64,000 nucleotides of DNA from an uncultured Gammaproteobacteria bacterium (lineage in GTDB: Bacteria; Pseudomonadota; Gammaproteobacteria; CAWCPV01): contig CAWCPV010000020.1 in NCBI GenBank assembly GCA_963797555.1, positions 61,003-125,002 on the forward strand, given 5' to 3'. The notes beneath the pieces were generated by a model. The model was not told the origin of the DNA and searched no databases. It saw nothing but the letters and a program-made list of their open reading frames with translations. Of the stretch, positions 29,598 to 40,849 are shown piece by piece (position 1 is the stretch's first letter; the number at the start of each line of letters is the position of its first letter). The position numbers and the translations under genes were made by a program.

Positions 29598-31850
29598 GTG
29601 CAGCCTGCGCCGCTCGGGTTCGTGTTGCGCCCCCCCTGGAAACCTGTCCCCGCTCGGCCCCCCAGTCGCGTGCGCTTCGGTGCCCGGCTGCGCGGCGCAG
29701 CGCTCGTCACGGTCGGGCTGGCCGCACTGACCGGCTGTGGGCCGCCCCCGTGGAACAGTCCTTATCCGGCGTCCGAGGAGGGCAAGAACATCCTCTACAG
29801 CTCTTTCGATCAGCGCCCCAAGCACCTGGATCCGGCGCGTTCGTACAGTGCCGACGAGGCCGTCTTCACCGGGCAGATCTACGAGCCGCCCCTTCAGTAT
29901 CACTACCTGCTAAGGCCTTACACCGTGGTGCCCCTCACCGCCGGGGAGGTGCCGCAGCCCATCTACCTGGACGGAGACGGACGGGTGTTGCCTGCAGACG
30001 CACCCGCAGACAAAGTGGCATACAGCGTCTACGAGGTCCATATCCGGCCGGGAATCTTCTACCAGCCCCACCCGGCATTCGCCCGGGACGAGCGCGGGGC
30101 TTATCGTTACCAGCACCTGGGGCGGGCCGACTTGGAGGGCGTTCGTTCGTTGAACGACTTCCCGGATCGGGGGACGAGGGAGTTGGTGGCCGCGGATTAC
30201 GTCTACGAGATCCAACGGCTGGCGCACCCCGCCCTGCAATCTCCCATCCTCGGCGTTATGGCGGAGCATATCGTGGGCCTGAAGGCGTATGCGGAGCGCC
30301 TCGCCGCGATTTACGAGCACCTCAAGGCGAGCCAAGGGGAGAGCGCGTTCCTCGACTTGGCCCAATATCCCCTGGAAGGCGTCCAGGTGGTGGATCGCTA
30401 CACCTACCGCGTCAAGCTCTACGGGCGCTACCCCCAGTTCCTGTACTGGTTGGCCATGCCCTTCTTCGCGCCCGTCCCGCCTGAGGCCGACCGCTTCTAT
30501 GCGCAGCCCGGCATGGCGGAACGCAACTTGACGTTGGACTGGGAGCCCGTGGGGACAGGGCCCTACATGCTCACCGTCAACAATCCCAGCCTGCGCATGG
30601 TGTTGGAGCGTAACCCCAATTTCCACGGAGAGAGCTACCCCACGCGCGGGGAGCCCGAGGACGTCAAGACCGGCCTGCTGGCGGATGCAGGCAAGCCGCT
30701 GCCGTTCGTGCGCCAGATCGTATTCAGCCTGGAGAAGGAGGACATCCCCCGCTGGAACAAATTCCTCCAGGGCTACTACGACACCTCAGGCATCTCCTCG
30801 GATGCCTTCGACCAAGCGGTGCGCCTCAGCGGCCAAGGGGAAGCCGCTCTATCCGACGCGATGCGCCAGAGAGGCATTCACCTGCTCACCAGCGTCGCCA
30901 CGAGCATCCTCTATCTCGGCTTCAACATGCTGGACCCGGTGGTGGGAGGGTTGGACGAGCGGACGCGCAAGCTGCGCCAGGCCATCTCCATTGCCGTCGA
31001 CTACGAAGAGTACGTCGCCATCTTCCGCAATGGTCGCGGTATCCCGGCGCAGGGTCCGCTGCCGCCGGGGATTTTCGGCCATGTGGAGGGCAAGCGCGGC
31101 ATCGATCCGTACGTCTATGACTGGGTGCAGGGCGAGCCGCGCCGCAAGTCCATCGCGGTGGCGCGGCGTCTGCTGGCGGAGGCAGGCTACCCGGACGGTC
31201 GCGATGCGAAGACCGCCAAACCGCTGCTGCTCTATCTGGATGTCAGCGCCACCGGGCCGGACGCCAAGGCGTTTCTGGACTGGATGCGCAAGCAGTTCGC
31301 CAAGCTGGACATCCAGCTAGTCGTCCGCAACACCGACTACAACCGCTTTCAAGACAAGATCGCCAAAGCCAACGCTCAGATCTTCATGTGGGGATGGAAC
31401 GCCGACTATCCCGACCCGGAGAACTTCCTGTTCCTGCTCTATGGCCCGAACAGCCGGGCGAAGCACGGAGGCGAGAACGCTGCGAACTATACGAGCCCGG
31501 AATACGACGCGCTATTCGAGCGCATGAAGGACATGGACAACACCCCGGAGCGCCTGGCCATCATGGAGCGCATGGTGGGAATCGTCCAGCGCGACGCCCC
31601 TTGGGTGTTCGGCTTCTACCCGAAGGACTTCGTCCTGTACCACGCCTGGTACCAGAACGCCAAGTCCAACCTCATGGCCAACAACACCCTGAAATACAAA
31701 CGCATCGACCCGGTCCTGCGCCGTGTCGAGCGGCGCGCCTGGAACCAGCCCGAGCTGTGGCCCTTGGGTGTGGTCGGCGGCCTGCTCGTCCTGATACTGC
31801 TGCCGGCGCTCGTCTCGTACCGGCGACAGGAGATCCACCCGCCCCGATGA
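29598..31850 (+). CDS. Peptide/nickel ABC transporter substrate-binding lipoprotein (start may be later)
   Basis: Lipobox LTGC, PKHLDPA, PVGTGPY, GWNADYPDPENFL. Confidence 0.88.
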   Translation: MQPAPLGFVLRPPWKPVPARPPSRVRFGARLRGAALVTVGLAALTGCGPPPWNSPYPASEEGKNILYSSFDQRPKHLDPARSYSADEAVFTGQIYEPPLQYHYLLRPYTVVPLTAGEVPQPIYLDGDGRVLPADAPADKVAYSVYEVHIRPGIFYQPHPAFARDERGAYRYQHLGRADLEGVRSLNDFPDRGTRELVAADYVYEIQRLAHPALQSPILGVMAEHIVGLKAYAERLAAIYEHLKASQGESAFLDLAQYPLEGVQVVDRYTYRVKLYGRYPQFLYWLAMPFFAPVPPEADRFYAQPGMAERNLTLDWEPVGTGPYMLTVNNPSLRMVLERNPNFHGESYPTRGEPEDVKTGLLADAGKPLPFVRQIVFSLEKEDIPRWNKFLQGYYDTSGISSDAFDQAVRLSGQGEAALSDAMRQRGIHLLTSVATSILYLGFNMLDPVVGGLDERTRKLRQAISIAVDYEEYVAIFRNGRGIPAQGPLPPGIFGHVEGKRGIDPYVYDWVQGEPRRKSIAVARRLLAEAGYPDGRDAKTAKPLLLYLDVSATGPDAKAFLDWMRKQFAKLDIQLVVRNTDYNRFQDKIAKANAQIFMWGWNADYPDPENFLFLLYGPNSRAKHGGENAANYTSPEYDALFERMKDMDNTPERLAIMERMVGIVQRDAPWVFGFYPKDFVLYHAWYQNAKSNLMANNTLKYKRIDPVLRRVERRAWNQPELWPLGVVGGLLVLILLPALVSYRRQEIHPPR

Positions 31851-32824
31851 TCGCCTACATCTTCAGGCGACTCCTCTACGCCGTGCCTATCCTGATCGGC
31901 GTGAACCTCCTCACGTTCGTTCTGTTCTTCGTAGTCAACACGCCCGACGACATGGCGCGTATCCACCTGGGAGTCAAGTACGTGACGCCCGAGGCCATGG
32001 CGCAGTGGAAGCACGCCCATGGCTACGACAAGCCGTTGCTGTGGAACGGACAAGCGCAAGGCGTGGGGCAGGTCACCGACACTATTTTCTTCCAGAAGTC
32101 GTTGCGTCTGTTCGCTTTTGACTTCGGGGCGTCGGACGACGGCCGCGACATCGGTTACGAGATTCGCTCACGCATGTGGCCCAGCCTATCCATCGCGATG
32201 CCCATCTTTCTGATGGGCATCGCAGCGAATATCACCACCGCACTGATGCTGGTGCTGTTCCGCGCCACCTACGTGGACCTAGGCGGTGTCGTGGGGGCCG
32301 TAGTGATGATGTCCATTTCCAGTCTGTTCTACATCATCACGGGCCAATACCTGATCAGCAAGCTCTGGTCGCTCACGCCGATCTCCGGCTACCAGCCGGG
32401 ATTGGCGGCGGCCAAGTTCGTCATTGTGCCGGTAGTGGTGGGGGTTGTGAGCGGAATGGGGTCCGCGACTCGCTGGTACCGCACCATCTTCCTCGAAGAG
32501 ATGGGCAAGGACTACGTACGCACGGCACGCGCCAAGGGCTTGTCGCGCCAATATGTGCTGTTTCGCCACGTGCTGCCGAATGCGCTCGTCCCCATTCTCA
32601 CCGGGGCCGTCGTCATCTTGCCCCTGCTGTTCATGGGAAGCCTCATCCTGGAGTCGTTCTTCGGCATCCCGGGACTCGGCCGCTACACCATCGACGCCAT
32701 CGACGCTCAGGATTTCGCCATCGTGCGCGCCATGGTGTTCCTCGGGTCCGTGCTCTACATCGGGGGGCTCATCCTGACCGACATCTCGTACACCCTGGTC
32801 GACCCGCGCATCCGGTTCCAGTAG
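31847..32824 (+). CDS. ABC transporter permease (DppB/OppB-like)
   Basis: MIAYIFRRLL, DYVRTARAKGL, LVDPRI. Confidence 0.9.
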   Translation: MIAYIFRRLLYAVPILIGVNLLTFVLFFVVNTPDDMARIHLGVKYVTPEAMAQWKHAHGYDKPLLWNGQAQGVGQVTDTIFFQKSLRLFAFDFGASDDGRDIGYEIRSRMWPSLSIAMPIFLMGIAANITTALMLVLFRATYVDLGGVVGAVVMMSISSLFYIITGQYLISKLWSLTPISGYQPGLAAAKFVIVPVVVGVVSGMGSATRWYRTIFLEEMGKDYVRTARAKGLSRQYVLFRHVLPNALVPILTGAVVILPLLFMGSLILESFFGIPGLGRYTIDAIDAQDFAIVRAMVFLGSVLYIGGLILTDISYTLVDPRIRFQ

Positions 32825-32826
32825 TC

Positions 32827-34254
32827 ATGGGCAAGCTCGTGATCCTGTGGACCGATGCACTGGTCTACCTGCTGGTCGTCGTGGTGGTCGGCTTCGCCTT
32901 CGTCGCCCGCCGCCACGAGCATCTGCGGGCGCCCTGGCGCAAGGTGGTTCAAAGCCGACTGGCCATGGCGTCGACCGTGGTGCTCGCGGTATACGTAGCC
33001 ATCGGGCTGCTGGATTCGGTGCACATCCGGCCCTCGCTCGATGCTCCGGGTGCGAACGGGCAGGCTCTTCACAGCGGCGATACCCTGAGCCTCCTCGATC
33101 TGCTGGCGACGCCGTTGCGTACACGAGTCGAGCGGACCTACTCGGCACCCTTCGCGCTTCATTTGTACACCAAGGAGACCGTCGAGATCCCCGGAGGCAA
33201 GCTGGTGCGGGAGTATCCCCGCCTCAAGTACGGGGGCGTTGGGGTGAGAAGTCCCGCAGAGCGGGCGCGGGACATTCTCTGGACTTCGCTTGCGGCGACC
33301 GCCGAGGGCGGCGTCGTGTGGCTCGTGCTGGCCGCGCTGATCACGTGGCGGCTCGCCGGCTCGCGCCGGGTGCCGGTGACGGTGATGGCCGAACGCCTGT
33401 CGCGGGGGCAGACCGGCGCCTCGCCTGACGAGCGCGGGGTTCCCTGGCGCGTCGTCCTGATCACAGCCGGCGCCATGCTGCTGCTGCTATTCCTGTGCGC
33501 GCACCTGGGGATGAAGTATCACCTGCTGGGCACCGACAAGGTCGGGCAGGATGTGTTCTACCAGAGCGTGAAGAGCATCCGCACCGGGCTCATCATCGGC
33601 ACTCTGACGACCCTGGTCATGCTGCCCTTCGCCATCCTGCTCGGAGTCATGGCCGGTTACTTCGGCGGCTGGGTGGATGACGTGATCCAGTACCTGTACA
33701 CCACCTTGAATTCAATCCCCGGAGTGCTCCTCATCGCGGCTGCCATCCTGCTCCTGCAGGTCTACATGGACAGCCACCCCGAGCTGTTCGACACCGTGGC
33801 CGCGCGGGCCGACCTGCGGTTGCTCTTTCTGTGCATGATCCTCGGCGTGACGAGTTGGACGACCCTCTGCCGCCTGCTCCGAGGGGAAGCTTTGAAGCTG
33901 CGCGAGACGGAGTACATCCAGGCCGCCGTGGCCCTGGGGGCCAGGCACTACCGAGTGCTGGCGCGGCATGTGGTCCCGAACGTGATGCACATCGTGCTTA
34001 TCACGGTGGTGCTCGACTTCAGCGGGCTGGTGTTGGCGGAGGCCGTGCTCTCCTACGTCGGAGTCGGGGTAGACCCCACCATGAACAGTTGGGGCAATAT
34101 GATCAACCGAGCGCGTCTGGAGCTAGCCCGCGATCCGATGGTGTGGTGGACTCTGGCCGCGGCGTTCGCGTTCATGCTGGCCTTGGTCCTCTCGGCCAAC
34201 TTGGTCGCCGACGCGGTGCGCGACGCCTTCGATCCACGCGCCAGCCACGGCTGA
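32827..34254 (+). CDS. ABC transporter permease (DppC/OppC-like)
   Basis: HLLGTDKVGQDV, EYIQAAVALGA, DAVRDAFDPR. Confidence 0.9.
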   Translation: MGKLVILWTDALVYLLVVVVVGFAFVARRHEHLRAPWRKVVQSRLAMASTVVLAVYVAIGLLDSVHIRPSLDAPGANGQALHSGDTLSLLDLLATPLRTRVERTYSAPFALHLYTKETVEIPGGKLVREYPRLKYGGVGVRSPAERARDILWTSLAATAEGGVVWLVLAALITWRLAGSRRVPVTVMAERLSRGQTGASPDERGVPWRVVLITAGAMLLLLFLCAHLGMKYHLLGTDKVGQDVFYQSVKSIRTGLIIGTLTTLVMLPFAILLGVMAGYFGGWVDDVIQYLYTTLNSIPGVLLIAAAILLLQVYMDSHPELFDTVAARADLRLLFLCMILGVTSWTTLCRLLRGEALKLRETEYIQAAVALGARHYRVLARHVVPNVMHIVLITVVLDFSGLVLAEAVLSYVGVGVDPTMNSWGNMINRARLELARDPMVWWTLAAAFAFMLALVLSANLVADAVRDAFDPRASHG

Positions 34255-34322
34255 GAGCTTGTGAGGAAAATCGTCGCGAGGGGCTCGCGGGTTGAGATAA
34301 TAGGCGGGCGAGGAGCGAGCAA
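34255..34322. repeat. Partial copy of the 14169 MITE
   Basis: GAGCTTGTGAGGAAAATCGTCGCGAG..GGCGAGGAGCGAGCA immediately after the permease TGA. Confidence 0.6.
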
Positions 34323-34367
34323 GGGAGAGGACTTCGGTTCCGGCGACGCCCGCCGCGCGCCGCAAGA

Positions 34368-35057
34368 CTACGCCGGAGCAGATCCCTGTGAGGTGGACTC
34401 CCCCATCATAGGGGTCGAATTCCAACGCTCGCGCAGTGCGGCCAAATGCTCCCGTCGCGTGATCAATATCACCTCGTCATTTCGTTTCAAGCGAGTCTCC
34501 GGCGCGGCGATCACCAGCCGGTCGGCCCGGTAGAGGTAGATGACGCGAGAGTCCCCCGGGAGCTTCAGCTCGTCCGCCGGACCTTCGTCCTCCTCTCGCG
34601 CCACGAACGCAAAGAACCTGGCGTCACCCTTCACCATGGAGGACAGCTCCAGGATGTCTTGTCCGGATATCAGGTCGGCCAGGTAGCGGGTGATGGTTCG
34701 GGTGGGGATGATGGTGTCTTCGAGACCGAGTTCGATGCAGATGTGCTCGAACTCGGGGTCCTCGATCTTGGTGACGGTGCGCTTGAACCCCAGCGACCGG
34801 CCCACCAGGCTCGCGATGATGTTGGCTTGATCGTTGCCCGTGAGACAGCACAGCAGGTCTGTCTCTTGGGGGCCAAGCTCGCGCAAGATCGCCGGCTTGC
34901 TGCCGTCGCCATGCAGGAAGCCGCAGTCCAGCTCGTCCCCCAGCTCCTCGATGGTCGCCCTGTCGCGCTCGATGATGACGACCTGCTGGCCTCGCTCGAG
35001 CAGGAGCCTGGCGGTCATGATCGCCAGCCGGCTGGCTCCGATGAATATCACCCTCAT
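34368..35057 (-). CDS. trkA: Trk potassium uptake regulatory subunit (RCK domains)
   Basis: Rossmann start RVIFIGAS..VVIIERD, HGDGSKP, TGNDQANI. Confidence 0.8.
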   Translation of the reverse strand: MRVIFIGASRLAIMTARLLLERGQQVVIIERDRATIEELGDELDCGFLHGDGSKPAILRELGPQETDLLCCLTGNDQANIIASLVGRSLGFKRTVTKIEDPEFEHICIELGLEDTIIPTRTITRYLADLISGQDILELSSMVKGDARFFAFVAREEDEGPADELKLPGDSRVIYLYRADRLVIAAPETRLKRNDEVILITRREHLAALRERWNSTPMMGESTSQGSAPA

Positions 35058-36529
35058 TGCGCGGCGTTCCTTCGGCCAACCCAGGTGCCCGGGTACAGCA
35101 GGACCAGCAGTGCGAGAATCTCCAGGCGACCCAGCAGCATGTCGAGGCAGAGCACCGCCTTGAGCCACGGGGCGAGAGCGGGCGCCGAGATGCCGGTGGA
35201 CAACCCGACCGTCGCGGTGGCCGAGACCACCTCGAACAGTGCGTTCAAGGGATCATAGCCCGCCGCCAGGAACGGCATCCAAGACAACACGATGACGGTG
35301 ATGAACATGAGAACCACGAGCAGCGCACGCTCGATCTCCCGGTGCTCCAGACGCTCCCCATCCAGGCGCGGCTCCACCACTGCGTGCCGCGGCATTCGCG
35401 TGCGTTGGATCAAGAGCTGGAGCAAGCGTAGCACGATGAGCAGGCGAAGCGTCTTGATCCCCCCGGCGGTGGAGCCCACGTTGCCGCCGATCAGCATGGC
35501 GAGAATGAGCGTGAGCTTGGACGCGGCATCCAGGCCGGCGACGGAAAGGGTCGCGAAGCCCGTGGTAGTCTGCGCCGAGAATGCCATGAGCGGCGCCTGC
35601 TTGAGCGCCTCAGGCCAGGGCCGTCCGCCGTCGATGACCATGAAGAACGCTACCAGCGCCGAAATGATGAGGCCGGTGGCAAGCAGAGTGCGGAGCTCCA
35701 CGCTCGCCGGCACCGCGCGCCAGCCGTCGCGAAAAGCACGGTAGTAAAGCGGTAGGGAGACGGCGCCGGTGGTCGCGACGGCTATGGCGGCGAACTGCAC
35801 GCCCCAAGGGCCCAGTCCGGAAAGGCCGTTGTCGTGGGTCGAGAAGCCCCCTGTGGAGACGGCCGACAAGGTGTGGACCAGCGCGCTGAAGGGCGTGACT
35901 CCGCACAGCATGAGCACTCCGACGCCGACAGCCGTCAACGCCACGTAAATCGCCAAGACCCGCCGCGCGTGAGCGCGGGTACCGCCCACGAGATCCTCTT
36001 CGTCCGCATCCGTCCCGCCCAGACGCTGGGCCGCCCCGCCAGGCTCGAACATCAGCAAGACCAGCGAGAAGACCACGATCCCCAGACCGCCATACCACTG
36101 CATCCAGGACCGCGTGAACAGAAACCCCGGGGTCATGTGCTCGACGCTCCCCGTCGTGGTGAGGCCCGTGGTCGTGACACCCGAGATGGTCTCGAAGAGG
36201 GCGTCCAGGAACGGAAGGCCGAGATGCATCATGGGCATGGCCATGGCCACCGCCGCGGTGATGAACGTGAGCGCCACGACCACCAATGCCTCGTTCGCCT
36301 GGATTTGCGGCGCGGCCGGCAGGCGTGCCAAGGGCAGGCCGGCCACGGCCAAAGCCCCCGCCGCGAGCGTCATCCGCCCGGCGTAGCCCAGGTCTCCGTA
36401 TGCGAGCGAGACCGCCATGGGCACGAGCGTGAGCAAGGCCAGAGCCACCCACAGCTGGCCGAGATACTTGAGGACGGTCCGTCCCCGGACGGCGTAGCTG
36501 AGCGGGTGCAGTCGTCCTGCGTCAGTCAT
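35054..36529 (-). CDS. trkH: Trk potassium uptake membrane subunit
   Basis: Four pore motifs SGVTTTG, SAVSTGG, SAQTTTG, SATATVG; GSTAGGIK, LGRLE. Confidence 0.88.
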   Translation of the reverse strand: MTDAGRLHPLSYAVRGRTVLKYLGQLWVALALLTLVPMAVSLAYGDLGYAGRMTLAAGALAVAGLPLARLPAAPQIQANEALVVVALTFITAAVAMAMPMMHLGLPFLDALFETISGVTTTGLTTTGSVEHMTPGFLFTRSWMQWYGGLGIVVFSLVLLMFEPGGAAQRLGGTDADEEDLVGGTRAHARRVLAIYVALTAVGVGVLMLCGVTPFSALVHTLSAVSTGGFSTHDNGLSGLGPWGVQFAAIAVATTGAVSLPLYYRAFRDGWRAVPASVELRTLLATGLIISALVAFFMVIDGGRPWPEALKQAPLMAFSAQTTTGFATLSVAGLDAASKLTLILAMLIGGNVGSTAGGIKTLRLLIVLRLLQLLIQRTRMPRHAVVEPRLDGERLEHREIERALLVVLMFITVIVLSWMPFLAAGYDPLNALFEVVSATATVGLSTGISAPALAPWLKAVLCLDMLLGRLEILALLVLLYPGTWVGRRNAAQ

Positions 36530-36727
36530 CGGACGTGATGAACAAGTGTTCTACAATCAAGCAGTCACCGCTAGAACCGGTCATGCTGATTTTGGCCGCT
36601 CCGGAGCAGAAAGCGCTCGCGCCGCGGCCAGCCGACGGCATCCAAAGGCGGGAAGGATATAGGCATTTCCCGCTACGCGGGAGACCTCCGGTCTTTGCCC
36701 GGCGCATCCGACCGACCTGTTATCCTA

Positions 36728-38767
36728 GTGGCCGTGGAAGCCCCCCTGCTGAGAGTCGAAGGCCTCAGGACCTGGTTCCGCACCACGGACGGTGTGGCGC
36801 GTGCGGTGGATGACGTGAGCTTCGAGATCGGCCGCAGCGAAACCTTCGCGCTTCTCGGCGAGTCGGGCTGCGGCAAATCCGTCACCGCGCTCTCGCTCAT
36901 GCGCCTGGTCCCCCCGCCCGGACGGATCGTGTCGGGCCGCATCTGGCTAGACGGGCAGGATCTGCTGATGCTGCCCGAGGTGGCCATGCGACGGGTGCGC
37001 GGCGGGCGCATGGCCATGATCTTTCAAGAGCCGCAGACATCGCTGAACCCTGTGCTCAGCGTAGGCGATCAGATCGATGAGGCATTGCGTATCCACCAGG
37101 GATTGAGAAGGCGCTCGGCGCGCGCGCGCGCAGTGGGTCTCCTCGCGGCAGTGGGCATACCCGACCCGGACGCCAGCTACGACGCTTACCCGCATCAGCT
37201 CTCGGGCGGCATGAAGCAACGCGTCATGATCGCCATGGCCTTGGCGGGGGAGCCCGAGATGCTCGTTGCGGACGAGCCCACGACGGCCCTGGACGTGACT
37301 ATCCAGGCGCAGATCCTGGAGCTGCTGGGGCGCCTGCGGGAGGGGCGCGGCCTTTCGCTGCTCCTGATCACGCACGACCTGGGCGTGGTGGCCCAGATCG
37401 CGCACCGTGTCGGAGTGATGTACGCGGGACACATCGTCGAGCTGGCGGCGCGCGACGACTTCTTCCGCGAGCCTCAGCACCCTTATTCCCGCAAGCTGTT
37501 CGATGCGCTCCCCGCGAGCAGCAAGCGGTCGGGGCAACTGGCCGTCATCCCGGGGACCGTGCCATCGGTCACCCGCGAGTTCAGGGGCTGCCGTTTCGCG
37601 GAACGTTGCCACGAAGCCTGGCACACATGCCACGACCGTGCGCCGCGCTGGCTGCAGACGAACCCGGGCCGGTGGGTCCGCTGTCACCTGTACGATGCTG
37701 AGCTGGCCGCCGCCCGGCCCCAAGGGCGATCCCCCCAGGCCGGTATACCGGCGCTGCAGGCCGCGCCTTCTCCCTCCGGGAAGGCCCCGGATCGCGCGCT
37801 GCTGGAGGTGCGGGATCTGAAGGTGCATTTCCCGGTCCACAAGGGACTCTTCAAGAGGGTGATCGGCCACGTCAAGGCGGTGGACGGGGTTTCGCTGGAC
37901 GTCCCGCGCGCTCACACCCTCGCCTTGGTGGGCGAGTCGGGTTGCGGCAAGACCACGGCGGGCAAGGGCATCTTGCAGCTGATCCGTCCCAGCGACGGGT
38001 CGGTACGCTTCAGGGGCACGGAGCTCACTCATCTCAAGGGCGAGGCCCTGCGCCGCAGGCGCCGCGAGTTTCAGATTATCTTCCAGGACCCGTACTCCTC
38101 GATGAATCCGCGCATGATGGTGCAAGACATCGTCGAGGAGGGCATGCTCGCGCAGGGCATCGGCGCAGGCCGAGCAGGGCGCCGGGCGCGCGTGGACGAG
38201 CTGCTGGGTCAGGTCGGGCTCAGTGCCGGCATTGGACGGCGCTACCCCCACGAATTCTCCGGAGGACAGCGGCAACGCATCTGCATCGCCCGTGCGCTGG
38301 CCGTTGAGCCGAGCCTCATCGTGTGCGACGAGCCGACGAGCGCGCTCGACGTCTCGGTTCAGGCTCAAATCCTAAACTTGCTCAAGGACTTGCAGGGTCG
38401 TTTCGGGATCTCGTATCTGTTCATCACGCACAATATTGCGGTGGTCGAGTACCTGGCGCATGAGGTCGCGGTCATGTACCTCGGCCGCATCGTCGAGCGC
38501 GGCGCGGCGGGGGAGGTCCTGCGGGCACCGCGGCATCCTTACACCCAGGCCTTGCTGTCGGCCGTCCCGGTGATTGACCCCGCTGACCGCCGATCCGTGA
38601 TTCGCCTCGGGGGAGACCCCCCTTCTCCGGTCAGTCCCCCACCGGGCTGCCACTTCCAGCCTCGATGCCCGCACGCCATGCCGGTATGCCGAGAACGTTA
38701 CCCCGGAGTGACCGATATCACGGCCACGCATAGCACCCGCTGCTATCTGTATGCCCAGGCAGGCTGA
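36728..38767 (+). CDS. Peptide ABC transporter ATP-binding protein with two fused ATPase domains
   Basis: Two GESGCGK, LSGGMKQR and FSGGQRQR, DEPT twice, Cys-rich tails. Confidence 0.92.
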   Translation: MAVEAPLLRVEGLRTWFRTTDGVARAVDDVSFEIGRSETFALLGESGCGKSVTALSLMRLVPPPGRIVSGRIWLDGQDLLMLPEVAMRRVRGGRMAMIFQEPQTSLNPVLSVGDQIDEALRIHQGLRRRSARARAVGLLAAVGIPDPDASYDAYPHQLSGGMKQRVMIAMALAGEPEMLVADEPTTALDVTIQAQILELLGRLREGRGLSLLLITHDLGVVAQIAHRVGVMYAGHIVELAARDDFFREPQHPYSRKLFDALPASSKRSGQLAVIPGTVPSVTREFRGCRFAERCHEAWHTCHDRAPRWLQTNPGRWVRCHLYDAELAAARPQGRSPQAGIPALQAAPSPSGKAPDRALLEVRDLKVHFPVHKGLFKRVIGHVKAVDGVSLDVPRAHTLALVGESGCGKTTAGKGILQLIRPSDGSVRFRGTELTHLKGEALRRRRREFQIIFQDPYSSMNPRMMVQDIVEEGMLAQGIGAGRAGRRARVDELLGQVGLSAGIGRRYPHEFSGGQRQRICIARALAVEPSLIVCDEPTSALDVSVQAQILNLLKDLQGRFGISYLFITHNIAVVEYLAHEVAVMYLGRIVERGAAGEVLRAPRHPYTQALLSAVPVIDPADRRSVIRLGGDPPSPVSPPPGCHFQPRCPHAMPVCRERYPGVTDITATHSTRCYLYAQAG

Positions 38768-38805
38768 GAGCCTGCGAATGAATCTGCTGCGATCCGATAG
38801 CGCCA
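38768..38805. repeat. Degenerate end of the 14169 MITE, opposite orientation
   Basis: GAGCCTGCGAATGAATCTGCTGCG..CGATAGCG resembles the reverse complement of 14275-14309; follows a TGA stop. Confidence 0.5.
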
Positions 38806-38977
38806 GGCGAACCGGGCGATGGCCGTGCAGTGCGGAGCAGCACCTAGTCGGACGGCTGCGCGCTCGCAAGCCCAAAGGAGGCTGAAAGAATCGGGACCGT
38901 GAGCACACCGGGGGTGCCGAGCGGCTCCTGGCGGCCGCTCGAATCACCCCCGCAATTCCTTCTGTCAAGAGCTTGCG

Positions 38978-40849
38978 TCAGCCGGTCGGCCGCTTGCCCC
39001 TTCCCTCGACCTGAGACACATCGCGCACCGCGCCGCGCGCCGCGCTCGTAGTCATGGCCGCGTATGCGCGCAGGGCGGGTGACACCGCCCGTTCCCGTGC
39101 CGCGGGTTGCCAAGTCCTGCCTCCCCGCGCCTCCATGGCTTCGCGACGGCGCTGAATCTCCTCGTCGCTCACCTCCAGGCGGATGGAGCGGGCGGGGATG
39201 TCGATGCTGACGGCGTCACCTTGTTCGACCAGCCCGATGACACCGCCCTCTGCCGCTTCGGGTGACACGTGCCCGATGGAGAGGCCCGAAGTTCCGCCCG
39301 AGAACCGCCCGTCCGTCACCAGCGCGCACAACTTGCCCAGGCTCTTCGACTTGAGGTAGCTGGTGGGGTAGAGCATCTCCTGCATGCCGGGTCCGCCGCG
39401 CGGACCCTCGTAGCGGATGATGACGACCTCCCCCGCCTGCACCTCATCTCCCAGTATCCCGGTGACTGCCGCCTCCTGGCTCTCGAAGATCCTCGCCGGT
39501 CCGGAGAACTTCAGGACGCTGGGGTCCACGCCGGCGGTCTTGACGATGCAACCCTCCCGCGCAAGATTGCCGTAGAGCACAGCTAGACCGCCGTCCTTGC
39601 TGTACGCGTGCTCGGCAGCGCGGATACAGCCGCCGGCGCGGTCAAGGTCCAGGGTCTCGTAGCGTCGGTTCTGGCTGAAGGCCGCCGTGGTGGGCACGCC
39701 GCCCGGGGCAGCACGATACCAGTCGTGGACGCGCGCGTCGGTGGTGCGCCGCACGTCCCAGCGCTCCAATGCCTCCCCCATGTTGGGGGCATGGACTGTG
39801 GCGACGTCGCGGTGCAGCAGCCCGGCGCGATCCAGCTCTCCGAGGATGGCGATCACTCCCCCGGCGCGGTGTACATCCTCCATGTGATACAAGCGAGTGG
39901 CCGGCGCCACCTTGCACAGGTTCGGGACATGGCGCGACAGGCGATCGATGTCGGCCATGGTGAAGTCCACCTCGGCCTCGTGAGCCGCCGCCAGCAGGTG
40001 CAGCACCGTGTTGGTGGACCCGCCCATGGCGATGTCCAGGCTCATAGCGTTTTCGAAGGCCCGCAAGCTGGCGATGGAGCGGGGGAGAACCGAGACGTCG
40101 TTGTGCTCGTAATAGCGGCGTGTGATATCGACGATGAGCCGCGCGGCGCGCAGGAACAGCTCTTTGCGGTCTACGTGGGTGGCGAGTAGGCTGCCGTTGC
40201 CGGGCAACCCGAGACCAAGGGCCTCCACCAGGCAATTCATGGAGTTGGCGGTGAACATCCCCGAGCAGGAGCCGCAGGTCGGGCAGGCGGAGCGCTCCAT
40301 GGCAAGGGCCTGCTCGTCGGTCACATGCGGGTCCGCAGCGGCGACCATGGCATCCACCAGATCCAGGTTCAGGACCTCGTCCCCCAGGCGCACCTTCCCC
40401 GCCTCCATCGGTCCCCCGGAGACGAATACGGTCGGGACGTTCAGGCGCAGCGCGGCCATCAGCATGCCGGGTGTGATCTTGTCGCAGTTGGAGATACATA
40501 CCAGCGCGTCGGCACAGTGTGCGTTGACCATGTATTCTACCGAGTCCCCGATGAGGTCGCGGGAGGGCAGACTGTAGAGCATGCCCCCATGGCCCATGGC
40601 GATGCCGTCGTCCACCGCGATGGTGTTGAACTCTTTCGCTACCGCTCCGGCGCGTTCGATCTCGCGGGCCACCATCTGCCCGAGATCCTTCAGGTGGACG
40701 TGCCCCGGAACGAACTGGGTGAAGGAGTTGGCGACGGCGATGATCGGTTTCCCGAAGTCGGCGTCGCTCATGCCTGTGGCACGCCACAGGGCGCGGGCGC
40801 CGGCCATGTGACGACCGTGCGTGGTGGTGCGTGAGCGGTAACTCGGCAT
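38978..40849 (-). CDS. ilvD: Dihydroxy-acid dehydratase
   Basis: [58 protein letters not shown]. Confidence 0.97.
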   Translation of the reverse strand: MPSYRSRTTTHGRHMAGARALWRATGMSDADFGKPIIAVANSFTQFVPGHVHLKDLGQMVAREIERAGAVAKEFNTIAVDDGIAMGHGGMLYSLPSRDLIGDSVEYMVNAHCADALVCISNCDKITPGMLMAALRLNVPTVFVSGGPMEAGKVRLGDEVLNLDLVDAMVAAADPHVTDEQALAMERSACPTCGSCSGMFTANSMNCLVEALGLGLPGNGSLLATHVDRKELFLRAARLIVDITRRYYEHNDVSVLPRSIASLRAFENAMSLDIAMGGSTNTVLHLLAAAHEAEVDFTMADIDRLSRHVPNLCKVAPATRLYHMEDVHRAGGVIAILGELDRAGLLHRDVATVHAPNMGEALERWDVRRTTDARVHDWYRAAPGGVPTTAAFSQNRRYETLDLDRAGGCIRAAEHAYSKDGGLAVLYGNLAREGCIVKTAGVDPSVLKFSGPARIFESQEAAVTGILGDEVQAGEVVIIRYEGPRGGPGMQEMLYPTSYLKSKSLGKLCALVTDGRFSGGTSGLSIGHVSPEAAEGGVIGLVEQGDAVSIDIPARSIRLEVSDEEIQRRREAMEARGGRTWQPAARERAVSPALRAYAAMTTSAARGAVRDVSQVEGRGKRPTG

